64,000 nt of DNA from Octopus sinensis (lineage: Eukaryota). The stretch spans positions 75,888,001-75,952,000 of the forward strand of contig NC_043003.1 in NCBI RefSeq assembly GCF_006345805.1. Direction: 5' to 3'. Position 1 is the first letter of the stretch. Each line of letters begins with the position of its first letter. The notes beneath the pieces were generated by a model. It had not been told where the DNA came from, did not search any database, and was given only the letters and a program-made list of their open reading frames with translations. Shown here piece by piece: positions 62,636-64,000 of the stretch. A program made the position numbers and the translations under genes.

Positions 62636-64000
62636 CAGATAGATTGGTAGGTAGGAGTCGGTGTCACATTAGCTATTACACTTATCCCATGACATCGTTT
62701 TGTCAATAAATTGTCACGATATATGATATTAGTAATAAAACGAGATCCGATTCCTTTCATGTCGCTGATTGAACAATTGGAAGTAAGGTGAACAGGCGGA
62801 TAGATATTCTGTTTGCTGATAGACCCATTCCCCATATAAAGGCTATTAAATATGGTATTCATATCCAACTATTGAAGTTGCTACAGACTAACAATACTTA
62901 GTGTACCTAAACACATTTTATTATATTGTAGTATTTAAATGCATCCCTCACACTTTTGAGGTCAGTTTCCACTCGAGATAATTGTCATTGTCCAACACGT
63001 GGTTGATTAGAAACACGGTAACATTAAACAGATAGCGTCGATACAATCGATTACCTATCTGTTCGTTCCTCTGTTTCAACAATTACTTTCGTCATCAATT
63101 ACCACGAAAATCGGAATAATGTATTGTTTTAGTTCCATACTGTTAAGCGACAAATATATAAGGCCCTGGTTAGGTATCTCTCATTTCAAATTAAACTGGT
63201 TTTGTTGCCGCCTTGGATAGACGTTGCTTTAGAATATCAGAAAGTTCTCTTACATTATATTACCTTTAACCATATTTGTGCGTTGAAAATATTTGCAAGA
63301 ATGTCTCGGTATTTGTGAAAAATCACTGCTGACACCATTCATAGTATATAGAACCATTATTCCGTATTATCATGGCCGCTGAAAAGGCTAGACCATTCCA
63401 AGAAAATATCAACGTAGCGCAGTCTGTGCTGACAGTCTGCCATTTTGAAATCTGTTTTAAATTAAATCAAACTTAACTGCTGATTCCATAAAATTGTTCT
63501 CAAATAAAATTTTTAGCATAAAAATAATTTTATGAGCTATTCCTTACATGGTTACTAATATATCTTCATATTTATCACTCTTGTTCTTAGTATTGTAAGG
63601 ACGTTCATTGCTATTGTTACCCTGTATAAATATTTCGGAATGCTTTACTTTTTCTATCGTGACGTAAATGACCACTGGTGTCCGTTCATACACTACATCT
63701 ATCTTTGATAAGTACCTAACGTTAATGTTGCAGACCACTTCACCGTTAGTATTGTTGGTGTTCCTATTGTTATAAATCTTATCGATGCCACTAGTTTCAC
63801 TACTGCTAAGAGATAGCCATTAGCAGAGTTTCTCACAGCTGTGTTCCATGTTGATCTTATTTTAAGTCAAGTAAGATTTGCTAGTAATGTAGGGAAGCGT
63901 GACTTCTATTTTGCCAATATTTCAATTATATTACGGCCACATATTTTTTCTTTTGTGTCACAAAACAGAAGAGATGAGCTATTCTTTGTATCCGCATTTT

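Noticed and set aside
63544-63810. ~90-codon minus-strand open frame with a possible AG/GT-bounded exon
   Set aside because: No recognisable domain and no partner exon in the window.

Overview
AT-rich eukaryotic (animal) DNA packed with (TA)n, (CA)n, (TACA)n and (GATA)n microsatellites and transposable-element debris. The SINE families resemble those I recall from octopus (cephalopod) genomes; this is inference, not a database result. No host protein-coding gene is recognisable: most ORFs in the track are microsatellite artefacts, and only weak candidate micro-exons were seen. Recognisable elements: a long, lightly disrupted CR1/L2-group LINE (56087-59815, +) whose 5' ORF carries tandem CCCH zinc fingers; a decayed CR1/L2/Jockey-group LINE (5510-8200, -); an RTE 3' end with three C2H2 fingers; a second RTE insertion with a twin-priming inversion and a 14-bp TSD; three R4/Dong-like RLE fragments; maT and mariner transposase fragments; a Penelope GIY-YIG relic; many tRNA-derived SINEs; and a near-identical 1.45-kb tandem duplication. 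The most striking signal is eight type I hammerhead-ribozyme motifs from six unrelated-looking non-coding repeats. Four have intact cores: a tandem pair 554 bp apart with palindromic helix III (retrozyme/Penelope-like), and an inverted pair inside a ~0.9-kb palindrome built in the (TA)n tract of a SINE.
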